DNA of 64,000 bases from Tubiluchus corallicola (GCA_030141605.1 JAQGDQ010000465.1:62001-126000), one strand, 5' to 3'; shown: positions 46,871 through 61,400, numbered from the stretch's first letter. A program made the numbers and translations. Notes: generated by a model not told the origin, from the sequence alone.

Positions 46871-48170
46871 TTCACCCATAGTTGTCTCTCTTTGATAAAT
46901 CTCTGTTAAATGTTTTATCACATGTTGTCTCTGTAAAGCTGATGCAACATCACACAGCAACATCTTCAAAATCCATAGATTTATGTGAAACATGAACATT
47001 TGATGAAATTATTGAGAAAATTGCTGCTTGAATGAACTGCAGTCTAAACAAATTTGTTGCGCTAACTGTAAGAAAAACTAGATTTGAAGAGTTTCTAGAT
47101 ATTTTTAAGAGAAAAAGAATCTAAAGGTGCAATTGTTAAGTAAATAAAAAAAGGATATTCAGTTTTTACAAAACTAAATGTATATTATGGAATTACTTGT
47201 TTAAACAAGAAGAAAGAAGCATACAAGATTAGTGCAAGTTCCTTATTTAAGCAAAAGATAGCTGAAAGGCAACAGATTTTGTAAATGTGGCTTGGAGCTT
47301 AGACAAATTATAAAACTTCATGCAGGAGTATAAAACATATTGTAGTTTAGTAAGGTGATGTAAGGATATCACGTTTGCATTTATCAACAACCACAAAATC
47401 CACAACTGTACATATCAACATCTTCAAAATCTGCGTATTGAAACTTGAAAATCCATGTATCTGCCAGATCTAGGCAAATATTTAGACTTGCTATGTGTAC
47501 CCTATTGTTAAAAACTTTTTTTGCACTAATAAAAATAAATTACTAGTCAAACCTCGCAAAAGAATTTTACATATAAACCCAGACTTACACTATGTCACAC
47601 CCACAAGACAACACTAATACTAGCAAGTGTCATGACACTAAAACAAAGAAACCGTTACATGCCTGTTCTAATTTCATGTAAAATTCGCATATCTGATTTA
47701 GTGCCAATTTCACGAATAAGAAGAAGAACAGCTTTTTGACAGCTTCATAATCTAAGCGCATAACAACCAAGTTTGATGAACAACTCACCATAATGTCTAT
47801 CACGAAAACAGGAAAAGAAAAATAAGTCCTACACGTGGTTAACGAGCCTACTAATAAAATCTGATAGCAAAATTGCCATTTTTACCTATAAGATTTGAAC
47901 AATAACCTGATAGCTATAGTACATAAAAAGTATTGCACTAAAACAGTATCGAAAGCACTGTAGACCTACCATTTCACTCTTTAATTATCGCCTTGTACTG
48001 TTACAGTATTTTTAAATACACCAAAAGTATGAAAAACTCTAAAGCAATTTTCAATGGAGCAAATAGCACACTTTCGTTACATTTTCTCCAATACAAATAA
48101 GAACTTTAGAACTACATGACCAGAAAATCACTCAAATTTATTCTATCTGCAAAATCATCAGACCGCTGAG

Positions 48171-48211
48171 ATCAGGTGATCGGCATCGGATGATCGTTTG
48201 GTAACCCCAAT
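48171..48211. promoter_or_regulatory. Candidate SREBP (SRE/E-box-like) sites and CCAAT box upstream of INSIG
   Basis: ATCAGGTGAT (48171), ATCGGATGAT (48185) and CCAAT (48207) sit in a GC-richer island upstream of the putative first INSIG exon. Confidence 0.4.
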
Positions 48212-49562
48212 ATTTGGGCGCCGAATGGGAGATTTGGAATTAAGGAGAGCAGCTATGTGTGTGACTGCCAGTCCAAAGACCCATCGAGCAAGTCATAGTT
48301 TAGTGCGCTAAAAAGCTACTTTGGTCTTTACGTGACAGCCTTATATACACTACATATATGCACTAGTTCTTATCAATTTTGTACAAAGTCATTTCAAATG
48401 CATGTGTTTATAAGAATGTGTAATCTCAAAATCTTGTGCAAAAAATGAAAACTATAGTGGAAAAAGCACAAAGCCTTTTCGTTTTACAAATCTGTTTGTA
48501 GTTGTTGTTGTTGATAAACTTGATATCCATTTTTTCTTTGTTTTTTAAGTAGGACGCTTTAAAAATGTGATAAAAACCTTACATGTATGCAAAGATATTA
48601 TCATTTTTATTTTATAATTAATTACCAAAAAAAAAATTTAATTTGTAAGAAAATAAATCAGATGATAATGGTTAACATAATCTGAATTTGCCAACAACCA
48701 CTCATTGTGTATTTTAATTATTATGCGTGAGAAGTGTTGAAGTCAATTGACATATAGCTGGCGAATTAACCAAAAACTATGAATATTATTACTCCATGGC
48801 AAAATATAGTAATATTGCTGCACTTGGGGCTCATTGTGATAATATAAGTCTAACGGTACCACGGAATTCTCAACTATCTCATCACTTTTAACCTGATACA
48901 GGAAAAAGACAGAAAAGTCTTCGCTTTTATATCTTTTCGAACAATTGTAGGAATTTGAATTAGAAGTTAATCGAAAAGCCTGTCCAAGAATCATACTTAA
49001 AAAAAGCCTGAAAGCTATTGTCTGAAACAGGAGAAGAACAATTTAAATTTTTAAAATGCATTAATTATTCAATTAATTTATTTTTGTTTACAATTACTAA
49101 TTAACAAGGTTTGCATGCAGTTATTGTTGTCACTGCTGCTGCTGCTGCCATTGTTGTCATCATTTTCTCATCGTAGTAATTGTATGCATACACACACATA
49201 TATATATATACAATTGATGATGGCGGCCGGTGTGATGCTGTGAATCTTCACTGATTGCTGCTATTATTGTTGTCACATTATCCCCTTCCTCCTTCCTCTT
49301 CATTTTTTGCGATATTTATTTCCACTTTAAACAAAATATTTTTACAAAACGTATCCAAAGAACACTCAATTTCTACACACAATAAATAATATATCGTTTG
49401 CCTGTCGAATTTATAAGGACCTTGTGTATTCTGACATAATCATCATTGTTGCTATTGTGTTGTTGCTGTTGTTGTTGTTAAATGCCTTTGATCTTGTTGC
49501 TAGGTATTTCCATTGTGGTTGCACTGTAACTAGTTTAAACCTGTGCGCACCATAAAAACGGA

Positions 49563-49750
49563 TGGGGTGAGCATCGAATTCGCATGGTTGACTTTGTTTC
49601 GAACGAGTTTTTTAGTTCAAATTCGATTTGAACCAAAAATTATAGATTCGAATAATTTAGCACTTCAGCCACATACATTCTTTATCATTAAAATGTTTGA
49701 AACAAATTCGATTCGAACGTTCGAACTCGAACGTTCGATGCTCACCCCTA
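49563..49750. mobile_element. hAT MITE (GGGGTGAGCATCGAA TIR) about 120 bp upstream of the PTDSS ATG
   Basis: GGGGTGAGCATCGAA ... TTCGATGCTCACCCC with TTCGAA repeats. Confidence 0.75.
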
Positions 49751-49871
49751 ATAGGAACGGACTGATAGTGATAGATTAATACTTGTAGCTGTCGCCAGGT
49801 TCTTGCGCATGTGGTCGCTCGAGTAGTACTGTTGTGGTTTGGATGCATACGGTTGAAAAAATAAATGCAAT

Positions 49872-52800
49872 ATGGCGACTCACAGGCCAAGAACTTTTAG
49901 CACTAGTTCTGAAGCAAGTGATCATTTTTGGAGCATAAATGAGCACCCGGTTGACGACATTTCCCTTGAGTTTTTTTACAGGCCTCACACTGTAACCTTA
50001 TTAACCGTGTCAACAATAGTTTTAATATATACAGCTTTTACCAGGTAATGCAATTATGTAGCCTGTACTAGTACTCTACCATTATCTTTGCACCTCTTGG
50101 TTGCAGAAGCTGAGTAAATCTGACTAAAATGTATGTATTCCTTTAGAAAGTATTAACATTACTGCATTGCTACTTTACTCATCATTACTTTTGCAGAGAA
50201 GATGGCATACATGAAGATAACGTTGTTAGTGGTCTTTGCGCTGTGGTTTTCTTTTTCCTAATTATTAGCACTCTTGCTTTTCCAAATGGTAAGTGTAACT
50301 CGTGTATTCCTGTCTATGTCTAAATACTGCAAACAGTGAATAGTTTTCGTACCTGACTTGACATGTGCATTATGAAATGTATTATTGTGTTTTTTAAATT
50401 GCAGGTCCATTTACCAGACCACATCCAGCACTATGGAGAATGGTTTTTGGTAAGTCTTCTTATGCCATAGTTGTTTTCGTCATCTGATTATAAGAATGTC
50501 AGGTTTAGGAATGTAATAGATACCTTGGTGTTGTATACCTTAAGATAACTATTCAGGGTAATGTATTTGAGTATACTTTTTTTGGAATTGTCTGTACTGT
50601 ATACAGTAAATGTTGTATGCAATATATGATTTGTAATATGCAAGTGCGGCCCTCAAGGAGCTCAAACTTTGCTGCTCGCGTGCTACGTCCTTAAATGGTT
50701 TATGAAAATGCATTTTCGTCAAATATTATGTAACTGGACCTACGGATGCGAGTGTCTTTATTAGGTCTCACACTTAATCCTTCTATTATCTTGAATAAAC
50801 TTTAATGTTTAACATGCATCGTGTCTGTATGGCCTGACAATAGCCTTTAAATGACGTTAATTTATTTGCATAAAAAATTCAAGATATTTTTATTTTTTGA
50901 TAGAAAGAATTGCATTTCAGTCAAACTTTGCAACAACAATGCATTGAACAGATAAAGATAAGTGTCAGCTAGATAGAGATCATGAACTACCACGAATTTC
51001 ACACATTTCTGAGTGCATCTGATCAAATTCACTCTTCAGTTAAGAAATTTCTTTGCAGCTAAGATCTTTTTGAGCAGTATCTCTTAAGCTTGCTTTGAAT
51101 GTTTGTTATTATTATTTTCATAATGCTTTAGAGTGCTTTGCACTGTGAATAAATGCTAGAAAATTTCTGATTGGTTTCTAAGATACTGATGCACTAGTCC
51201 AGGGGTGTGCAAATTGCGGCCCGCGGGCCACTTGCGGCCCGTGAAAAGATTTGTCAACCTAATGAAAGTGCAGCCCGGGCGATTAATTGAGTGTATCCAG
51301 CTGAAGTCCGTGCCACGATCCCAAAGATAGTGCGGGTAGTTTTTTCTACTAGATCGGATGCCATTAACCCTTACAAGACGGTTGTAGCTTAATAACACTG
51401 TACTACACAGACTGCGTGATACACATTACTAATATGCATTGTAATGAAATTACCACTATCTATCGTGAAAGTAGAAATATATGGTTTGTAATATGATGTG
51501 CGCAGGTCAGATGCAGAAAAATCGTTATTAGGTCCTACTGTACTTGGTTCCTTGATCAAACTGTCTGTGACCCACAGGAATTGCGGGAAAGTTTAATGTG
51601 GCCCGGCTAGTCAGATAATTTGCACACCCCTGCACTAGTCTCAAGTAGGAGTCTTACAGTTATTTTAATCGTATAATAAAAGTCACTCTTGAATTCAGTG
51701 CAATTAATACTAACAATATCATATCATTACAGGATTAAGTGTGCTGTACTTGATGCTATTGCAGTACATTCTTTTTCAAAGACTTTCTGATGTCAAATCG
51801 ATGATTGGCTGGTTATATCCTGAACTGATGAGTTACAATATACCAGAAAAGGTAAATCAAAATTAAATCGGCTGATCACTTCATAAACCTCATTACTGTT
51901 TTACTGTTTTTTAACCACATATTTGTGTTTACTTTGCCTTTAATCAAAATTAGTTGAAGAAATTATTCAGCAACAGCTTCATTTTTAAGCAGCAGGTTGT
52001 AACGATGTTTTTTGGTCAGTTTGCAAAAATTGTGAAGCCATTTTAATTTCTTCTCATAGTGGTTTTTTCTGAAGCCATTTTAATTTCTTCTCATAGTGGT
52101 TTTTTCCGAAGCCATTTTAACTTCTTTTCATAGTGGTTTTTGCTGAAGCCATTTTAATTTCTTCTCATAGTGGTTTTTTCTGAAGCCATTTTAATTTCTT
52201 CTCATAGTGGTTTTTTCTGAAGCCATTTTAACTTCTTCTCATAGTGGTTTTTGCTGAAGCCATTTTAATTTCTTCTCATAGTGGTTTTTTGCTGGAAATT
52301 ATAAATAATTATTTTTGTTACCTGTTTGACTTGTAAAGGCAACAAGAGGAGCTATAAATGTCTTGTTATACTGTGCAGTACTTTATGCAAATGAATATGC
52401 CTTTTCACAGTTCCCAGCAATTGATGATGAATAGTGAAAAGGTCAAAGGTTAAGTGTACCAGACAACGCATTTGTGTACACTTGACAACGTCTCGCAACC
52501 TGTACTATTGTAATTCTAACAGTTTTAATAGCTAGCTAGAACTTTGCCTAGTTCACAAGCAGTATCCTGCTAGTAAATCAATCTATGCACAGACTAATGC
52601 ATAATTAAGTAAAGTCCACATAAAACAACTGAAGTTATTGTACTGATGTAACAAAAGGCTTTGTTTTACACACATGTCATATGACAGTTGTAGTTGAGAC
52701 ACGTTGCCATGGTACACTTAACCTTTGACCTACAGCAGCTGTGCATGTAACTGTGAAAACCCTTATTAAGAAGCAACAAAGGCTGGTAGCCTGGTACTCA

Positions 52801-55402
52801 CAATTTCCAAGCTTAAATTATCCTGTTTACTTTCATGTCACTATGAAAAACAGAAGGTTGTATATAATTTCAGGAACAGCTTTCTCATTTTTTTAAATAC
52901 ATTCTTAGGACTATGCGGTGAATTGTTCGGACGTGTCAATAGAAAGAATATGGAGTCACATAGATGTATTTGCTTTTGGTCATTTCTGGGGCTGGGCGCT
53001 TAAAGCAATGCTCATTCGTCACACTGGCATTTGCTGGACAATTTCGGTGATGTGGGAGTTTACTGAGGTAAATTGGACTCACTCAATGCATTTATTTGTC
53101 TCAGTGATCACATTACATCATAATACATGCATTTAATATACAATATATACACAGAAACAGGGGTGGCAAAAAACAAAGCGGTCGCCGAGGCGAGAAACCG
53201 GCTTAAATAAATCGACAATAAATTGTACTGACAGAAAAGCAAGGGCATGAAATTTAGTTTATATTCATTGTGAAAAACTTGAGCTCAGATTAAATATAAA
53301 TTGAAAAAAGGGCAAAATTATCAGTGAAAATATAACATGTGTAATCGAATGTATAAAAATTTAAATTCACTAGTCACGTTATATACTATAATAGTTTGCT
53401 GCTGTAAGACTGGAATCATGGAATCATAATGGCAACAAGATAATATATTAAGGCAGGGGTATGCAAATTATCTGACTAGCCGGGCCACATTAAACTTTCC
53501 CGCAATTCCTGTGGGCCACAGGCAGTTTGATCAAGGAGCCAAGTACAGAAAGGCTTAATAACGATTTTTTTGCATCCGACCTGCGTACATCTTTACTACT
53601 ACACCCAAGAAACTATTTTAGAAGTTATTAAAATTTATAGTACAAACCATATATTTCTACTTTCAGGTGGCCCGCGGGCCGCAATTTGCACACCCCTGTA
53701 TTAAGGCATAAAAAAGCTACTCAACAATGCGTTTAACGAGCTTAAAAAGGCAAGGAAACAAAATGCAAATTGACGTGCTACGCGGGTGTGTTTTTTAGGC
53801 ATGTATTAGCATAAAATAGAACTGTAAGACTATTTTCTGACAAAATGAATTAACCAATTAGCAAAGACGTTGATTGAGCAGCATTCCAAATGATTTTTAA
53901 TAACTTCTTATTGATCCAACTATTGGTAGCTAAAATATATTGAAAATATTCTATATGCTCAATGTGGACTTTACAAAGAAAAGCAGATTATATACAAGCC
54001 TCGTCCTGATTTAAAAGTGGATATGAATGCCTAGTATTACCCTAGTGAATTTCATAAGGAACAAATTAAAGAAAAAAACTGCTTAAATAGCCTTTATGTA
54101 GTACAGTAATAATGTATTATTGACAAACTTCATCAGTCTGATGGAGCACATATATGATGAATTTCAAAGATGTTGTAAAATTTAAAGGAAAACCAGACCC
54201 CATCTTAAAACAAAGTTTAAAACAATCTATCCTGTAAAAATATGTTGAAAGGAAACATACTAATTTTTCAAGAATGACTTCATGAAAGAATTACTACCAC
54301 AAAAATTTAATTTTGCCTTTGCTCGGCCATTTCTTCCCTGTTACGTGCATTTCGCCTTTTGTTAGTTAGACAGGCACTAGCGCCTGCATTTTGGAATTGC
54401 GATGCACAAGGAACAGGTGCTGTACCTCTTACTTCCAGAGCTCATGAATGAGCATAGCAATAAACTTGGAACTCTAGACTTAAAATTTGTCCAGTTTTTA
54501 TATATCACACTGAATGTTGTACAGTAGACTGTATTTCCAATTTTGCTTTCGCAAACACGTGCAACACGCTCATGAAATGTTTGTGCTGTTAAAAATTATG
54601 TTCATTTGTGATGTCGTGACTATTCGGGCTCGTTACCGTCAATTACGTTTTTAACCTATTATTTATTTAAACCAGAAACTCCTTGATATTGTTATAGATG
54701 TTATGAAATTGAAAATCATCCCGTTTTCCTTTAAAACCTTATACAGGCCGCACAAAACACATTATGCGCTCATGTGTTTATGATCGCATTAGGGATTACT
54801 CCTGTTTACATGTGTGTCTGTTCATTAGAAGTCCTTGCAAGTGAATGTTGTCTAAGAACCAGAGTCACTCTGGAACCTCTCATGATATCAGGAAAAACAG
54901 TGAGAATCTCTTAAATGGATGCTTATTGGTTGTCATGTTTTATCATTTGTTGCCTAGTTACATAATTACATGTAATAATATTATTCATAATGATTTATAA
55001 GCGGATTTATATTTTGAATTAAATTTTAGAACATCTTTTACATTCATGGCATTTATCGAGTTCCATCAAGCTGACGAAACATGTATGATAATATATTATT
55101 GCTGTACTGTATAAATGCCCTTGAAGCAGTATTTTCTTTAACTTCCTACCATTTCCACTAACACATCCTTCTACCCTTCCTATGTGATCTAACCTTTCTC
55201 CCAGTTCTTTTTTTTGTTCACTCATCCATTTTTTTTATCGGGTTCACATGACGGTGGGCTTATACAAGCCTTTGCTTCTCTAGCCCACTGCAGTACGATT
55301 ATTCTTTTATGATAACGATAGTGTATGAAACATAACAATTTAATATAGTAGATGTAATAATTTTGATGTCACTGTGTGCTTTATATTGTACTGAATGTGT
55401 TG

Positions 55403-55450
<48 letters not shown>

Positions 55451-58400
55451 CTTATTCTTTAAGATGTTTAAATTTTAGCAATTTGTAACCCGTTTACTGC
55501 TGTTTTTTAGCAAATCTGCCCGTTAAATTTTTCTTTTCAACAACGTTATCAAAGTCTGTTTCACTTTAGATGTTTTTTGCACACTTACTACCGAATTTTA
55601 AAGAGTGTTGGTGGGACGCGCTCGTGTTAGACATCATCTTGTGCAACGGCCTCGGAATTTGGTTCGGCATGTACGTTTGCAAGAAACTAGAGATGCGTAC
55701 ATTTTCCTGGGAAAGCATCAAGTAAGTTGCTTATAGAATGTTAATGTACTTACCTACCTGGGTGTGAGAATGATAGGAATATATGAAAATGAATATTGTT
55801 CAGCTTTGCACTGTGAGCAATCTTTGGAGATCCATTCTACGTATTGCTTTACTTTGCTTAGCTATGAATGATTAATGTACTTGGATATGAGGTAGTATAA
55901 TACTCTGTAGTTACAAAATACTAAAAAAAAGACTAAATTCTTGGCATGTAAAGTCACCTGGACTAACTGAAGCAAAGTTTCAACAAATAAAATTTTTGTA
56001 AGTCCTCCCAATGACTCGTTGTTTTGTAACGATTCGTTTTAGTAATTTCAAATTTTGCAAATTTTCTTTGTGCTTAGCAATAATTTTCGTCTTAACAACG
56101 AACTTGTGAAACCTTTATTTTTGTTTTCCATTTTGTCTGCTAACCTAAACCAAATCTACTGAATGTTTGCTGAGCTAATCCACTGAGACTTCTATTAACC
56201 AAAAGTGTAGACACGGGATTAAGTCATTTATGCAGTCTTAAGGGTCTATGGACCAACATTAAGAAGAATAATAGAAAGTCATCAATGCAAGTTTAATCTG
56301 CTTGTTAAACACATTATATTGAAATGTTGTCATTCCAATGTAACACACTGTGCATCATGGTACAACATGGTGTATGTTTAATCCGCTTGTTAAACAAATT
56401 ATATTAAAATGTTGTCATTCTATTGTAACACAGTGTACACATTTTAGTAGGCAATATAAGCAATTCATATTTTTGAATTTTTTTAAGCAGTGCATTACAT
56501 TTGTATTGGTGAATATTTCAATCATTAATTTGTTGTTGTTCTTGTTGTTGTAGTGGTTTCGCGTGGACTTACATGTAACCGTTTACATGTAATGTTGCTA
56601 CCTACCGCTATGCACGTTCATCTGAAAATCGATGATTTAGAAATAAGTTTTCTTAATGTACTTGCTAAATTAGTTTTTACACAATTACGTCATTGTATCT
56701 CTTACGCAGATGCATAGTAAATCAAAATTTTTTGCTGTTTAGGGATATTCACTCTACAACGGGAAAACTAAAAAGAGCCGTGCTGCAGTTTACACCAGAG
56801 AGGTATTGTTCTAAATCTGTGTAAAAGCTTGTAGAAAAAACCATTATGGGATAATAAATAACATTTATTTTGCGTAGCGTCTAAATCTACAGACAGCGCA
56901 ACTGACGATATACAGAGACGCTTCACGAATGCATCTAAAGGCATCATGACGAACTTAAAAAAGGTTTACAAAATTAAACAGAAATCCTACTAAATTTCAT
57001 AAAATTGAATAAGTAAATACATAAAAGCACATAGATTCACAAAATACAAGCATACAATGACAACCCAAAATTTGATTACTTCAAAGAATGTGTGCTATTT
57101 TAAATAAGTATGTTTTAATCTGTATTTTAAACGTGTTAGTGTTCGAGTGCCCTGATGTGGATAGGCAGGCTGTTCCGTAGAGTTGGTTCTGCAACAGCAA
57201 ATGACCTGTCACCCATAGTGGAACAGGTCCTGCAACAGCAAATGACCTATCGCCCATAGTGGAACAGGTCCTGCAACAGCAAATGACTTATCGCCCATAG
57301 TGGAACAGGTCCTGCAACAGCAAATGACCTATCACCCATAGTGGAACAGGTCCTGCAACAGCAAATGACCTATCACCCATAGTGGAACAGGTCCTGCAAC
57401 AGCAAATGACCTATCACCCATAGTGGAACAGGTCCTGCAACAGCAAATGACCTATCGCCCATAGTGGAACAGGTCCTGCAACAGCAAATGACCTATCACC
57501 CATAGTGGAACAGGTCCTGCAACAGCAAATGACCTATCACCCATAGTAGAACAGGTCCTGCAACAGCAAATGACCTATCACCCATAGTGGAACAGGTCCT
57601 GCAACAGCAAATGACCTATCATGCATTTTATTCAAATTTTCCATATATGTTGCTTGCAAGCAAAAAACGTCCATAAATTGGCATAGTTAAAACTACGTTA
57701 TGATGCTTCAAAGTAGAAAGCACTAAAACTTTGGTCAAATGTTGATTTTTTTCATTTTTTTATGAAAACAAATGCTAAATATATTGGACTTTTATATTCT
57801 AGCACCAAATTATCAGGAAATGTCCAAAAAATACTAAAAATCTAATTTTATAACTTCTTACCCACTTTTCTGTCTAGAAACTAGTACTGCAATTGTAAAA
57901 AATGCGTATCTTCAAACTCTGATTGGAGCTCGTGGAAGCATTCATTTTGCTTCGGGTTTTTTCTATTGACAAGACCAGATCTTCGTCTGGATGAGCCATC
58001 TACTGGATTTAAACATAACTTCAATTTGCTCTTGTAAAATCCATAGCAACCCCACTTTTGTACGGTTGCTAAGTGTTTTGCAGAGACGCAATAAAAACAA
58101 TGGCTGACTTTAACAGCGTTTTTCTCAAGCTTACGTTTTTCAGTGCGCAGCCTGCACCTCAACTTCAACGTGGATTATCTCAGCTTAGAAATAACATAGA
58201 GCGATGAAATTGGTATCAAAATGATCCTCATGAAATAGAGCATATGTGAATAACTAGAAAAGCCTAATTGCCGACTTTGGACGATTTTGCTGTGCAAGCC
58301 CACATATTATGATTATATCACGTGGCTATTTGTTCTACGAGAATAAGTCATATTATAGTTTTATGTTTACATTATCCAATATAGAGAGCTGATCCGATAA

Positions 58401-61400
58401 ATCCAATAACAGCTTGTACGAGTTTAAGTGAGAGACCTTATCTGTCTTTAGCAAAACATCTATTTATGGTATCCGTTAATGTGGTATAGGAAAAAAATTG
58501 TAGGCAATAATGAAATTCAGCTTTACGATTGGTTTTCAGTTGGACGCACGTACGATGGCTGGATCCAAACTGTACCTACATGAGATTCTTCGCATTATGC
58601 CAGCTAGTTATATTTTGGCAGGTAATGTTTGCATAGCTTTATTATTTCTTCATGTAGTGAATATAAAATTATGAAAAAATCTTTCACAAAATCCCTGTTA
58701 TCCTTTATAATCTGTAGACCTGACATCTATTTGATGCAAAAATAAGTGTGAATTGCAGTTTCGGGTGTCATATCACTTTGATAGGTGTCCAAGGGACAAA
58801 TTAAAACCCCAGAATTTTCTGCTTTTTTGGATGTCAAAATCAAAACATCAAAAATAATAAACAAGGCAATTTTTGAGCTTTGTCGTTCTGTTATTGCAGT
58901 TCACTATGCATTATATAGAAATATATTCTTTTGAATAGAGACATATAGAGAATAAGAACTGAAATTTTATGCGTTTTTATGTGTGAAAGAATTAAAATGG
59001 GCGTTACACCTGCCTAATGCACGACACTTGACTGGTCTGAATCTCTAAGCCCTGTAATTTGAAATTTTTCGTAAGGCAAGATTGTAATGATATTCATAGT
59101 ACAAGATGGCGGACTCTTCCATTCTTCGTGATCAATTATTTCTGTCGTTTGAACGAGAATTTCCGGCAACCTGAGTGGAACGTAAATTCTCGTCGAAATC
59201 CTTCAAAAATTTAAATTAAGATGCTTCCTTTGACGTATTGGTGAGAAATACTGAAAAATGACCGAAACCTAGTCACTGGTATTATACATATACAAAACTA
59301 TGTAAAACTGTATGCTTAGAAAATTAATATATAGTTAGTATCTGAGGTAGAATTCCTTTCTCTATTCATGTACCTTGTGTAAATGAAACAAAACAACTTT
59401 AGCTTTATACCGTTTCTGCACAGGTAACAGAACTCAACACGTTCTTTCTGAAGCACATAATAGAAGTACCAACCGGACATCCACTCAGCGTGGGTCGCCT
59501 GCTACTAATTGCTGTGATATCTGCTCCTACTTTAAGACAATACTACAGCTACGTGACAGACCCCAGATGCAGTAGGGTCGGCACACAATGTTGGGTGTTC
59601 TGGTACGTAGACCTCAAAATTATAGCGTTGTTTTGTAAATGTAGACATACCTTAATGTAGATGAATTATAGTACAATGCCATTTTTCTCTGTTATAGTTA
59701 TTTATATATAAATGGTTTTGAGTAAGTACTTGTGGTTTGTTAGTAATACTATTATTTAGTCCCTACGTGTCATCGTTAATTGCATGTATTTGTGTACCGT
59801 TTATATATAAGCCAATCTCTCAATCGTTTGTGGTGTAGTATTTTTATGTAATAATTGCACTTGTTTGTTATGTGGGGCTTGTATAAAATCGGACTCCATA
59901 ATTGCTTGTGGTGTGTTACAAAGTATGCACTTGGATACACATATTTCGGAGGAGAATAAGAGTTCCTAACTTTGGGCCGCTAAGTCTAGTGCCCCTCAAA
60001 ATATGACGGCCTGGACTACAACCCCCGTGTGACCCTGAATACCGTTGAAACCATGAACAATTAATGTTATTTAACTCAGGGGGGTAGTGATATACTGAGC
60101 TAGCAGAAAGTTTCTAGGCAAGTCAAAAAACAGCTGTACTGTTGTGCGTGTACTGTGGGATTGTTGCTAGTATCATGAGCTTTAATTTTTCCTTTCTTTA
60201 CTACAGTAGTTGTGGTATTGACATTGAAACTTTAGTAATTTCTATGGCTTGTTAATATTATTAAAATGTTAACATAAATTTAATCCGTACATTTTGTAAT
60301 TCTCCAATCTTTCATCCTCTTTCTCACTACATCTTCACACTCATTACCTTCCAGGTTCTCCTTCCCTTCTTCTTGCACTTTCTGCACTCCCATTATTCCA
60401 CATTGTCCTCTTTCTCGCTACATCTTCACACTCGCTACCTTCCAGACTTTCCTTCCCTTTTTCTTGCACTTTCTGCACTCCCATTATTCCACATTGCCCT
60501 CTTTCTCACAACATCTTCACACTCATTACCTTCTAGACTTTCCTTCCCTTTTTCTTGCACTTTCTGCACTCCCATTATTCCACATTGTCCTCTTTCTCAC
60601 TACATCTTCACACTCGCTACCTTCCAGACTTTCCTTCCCTTTTTCTTGCACTTTCTGCAGTCCCATTATTCCACATTGCCCTCTTTCTCACTACATCTTC
60701 ACACTCATTACCTTCCAGGCTCTCCTTCCCTTTTTCTTGCACTTTCTGCAGTCCCATTATTCCACATTGCCCTCTTTCTCGCTACATCTTCACACTCGCT
60801 ACCTTCCAGACTTTCCTTCCCTTTTTCTTGCACTTTCTGCACTCCCATTATTCCACATTGCCCTCTTTCTCGCTACATCTTCACACTCATTACCTTCCAG
60901 GCTCTCCTTCCCTTTTTCTTGCACTTTCTGCACTCCCATTATTCCACATTGCCCTCTTTCTCGCTACATCTTCACACTCGCTACCTTCCAGACTTTCCTT
61001 CCCTTTTTCTTGCACTTTCTGCAGTCCCATTATTCCACATTGCCCTCTTTCTCACTACATCTTCACACTCATTACCTTCCAGGCTCTCCTTCCCTTTTTC
61101 TTGCACTTTCTGCACTCCCATTATTCCACATTGCCTGTTCGGCTCACATTCTTACAAGTTCCCCTTCCTATCTGAGCCGATAATTATCCGCGCTGCAATA
61201 ATCGTTTGGCCATATTTTATCTATTATTCTCATGTTATATTTTATATTATGCATTTTTGTGTAAAACATTGTTAAGTTGTACTTCGTTCTTGGAATAAAT
61301 AAGCTATAATAATAATAATAAATTTATAGATATTTTTCGATACTGTAAGTGTTTATATATATATATATCATGGAACGCAGTAAATAGGAATAAATAAGCT

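Noticed and set aside
46397-46999. 200-aa host gene upstream of INSIG
   Set aside because: Its conserved part is a LINE ORF2 C-terminus followed by a simple-repeat tail.
60373-61275. Three overlapping ORFs of 206-300 aa
   Set aside because: They arise from a stop-free 91-bp repeat cycling through frames inside a PTDSS intron.
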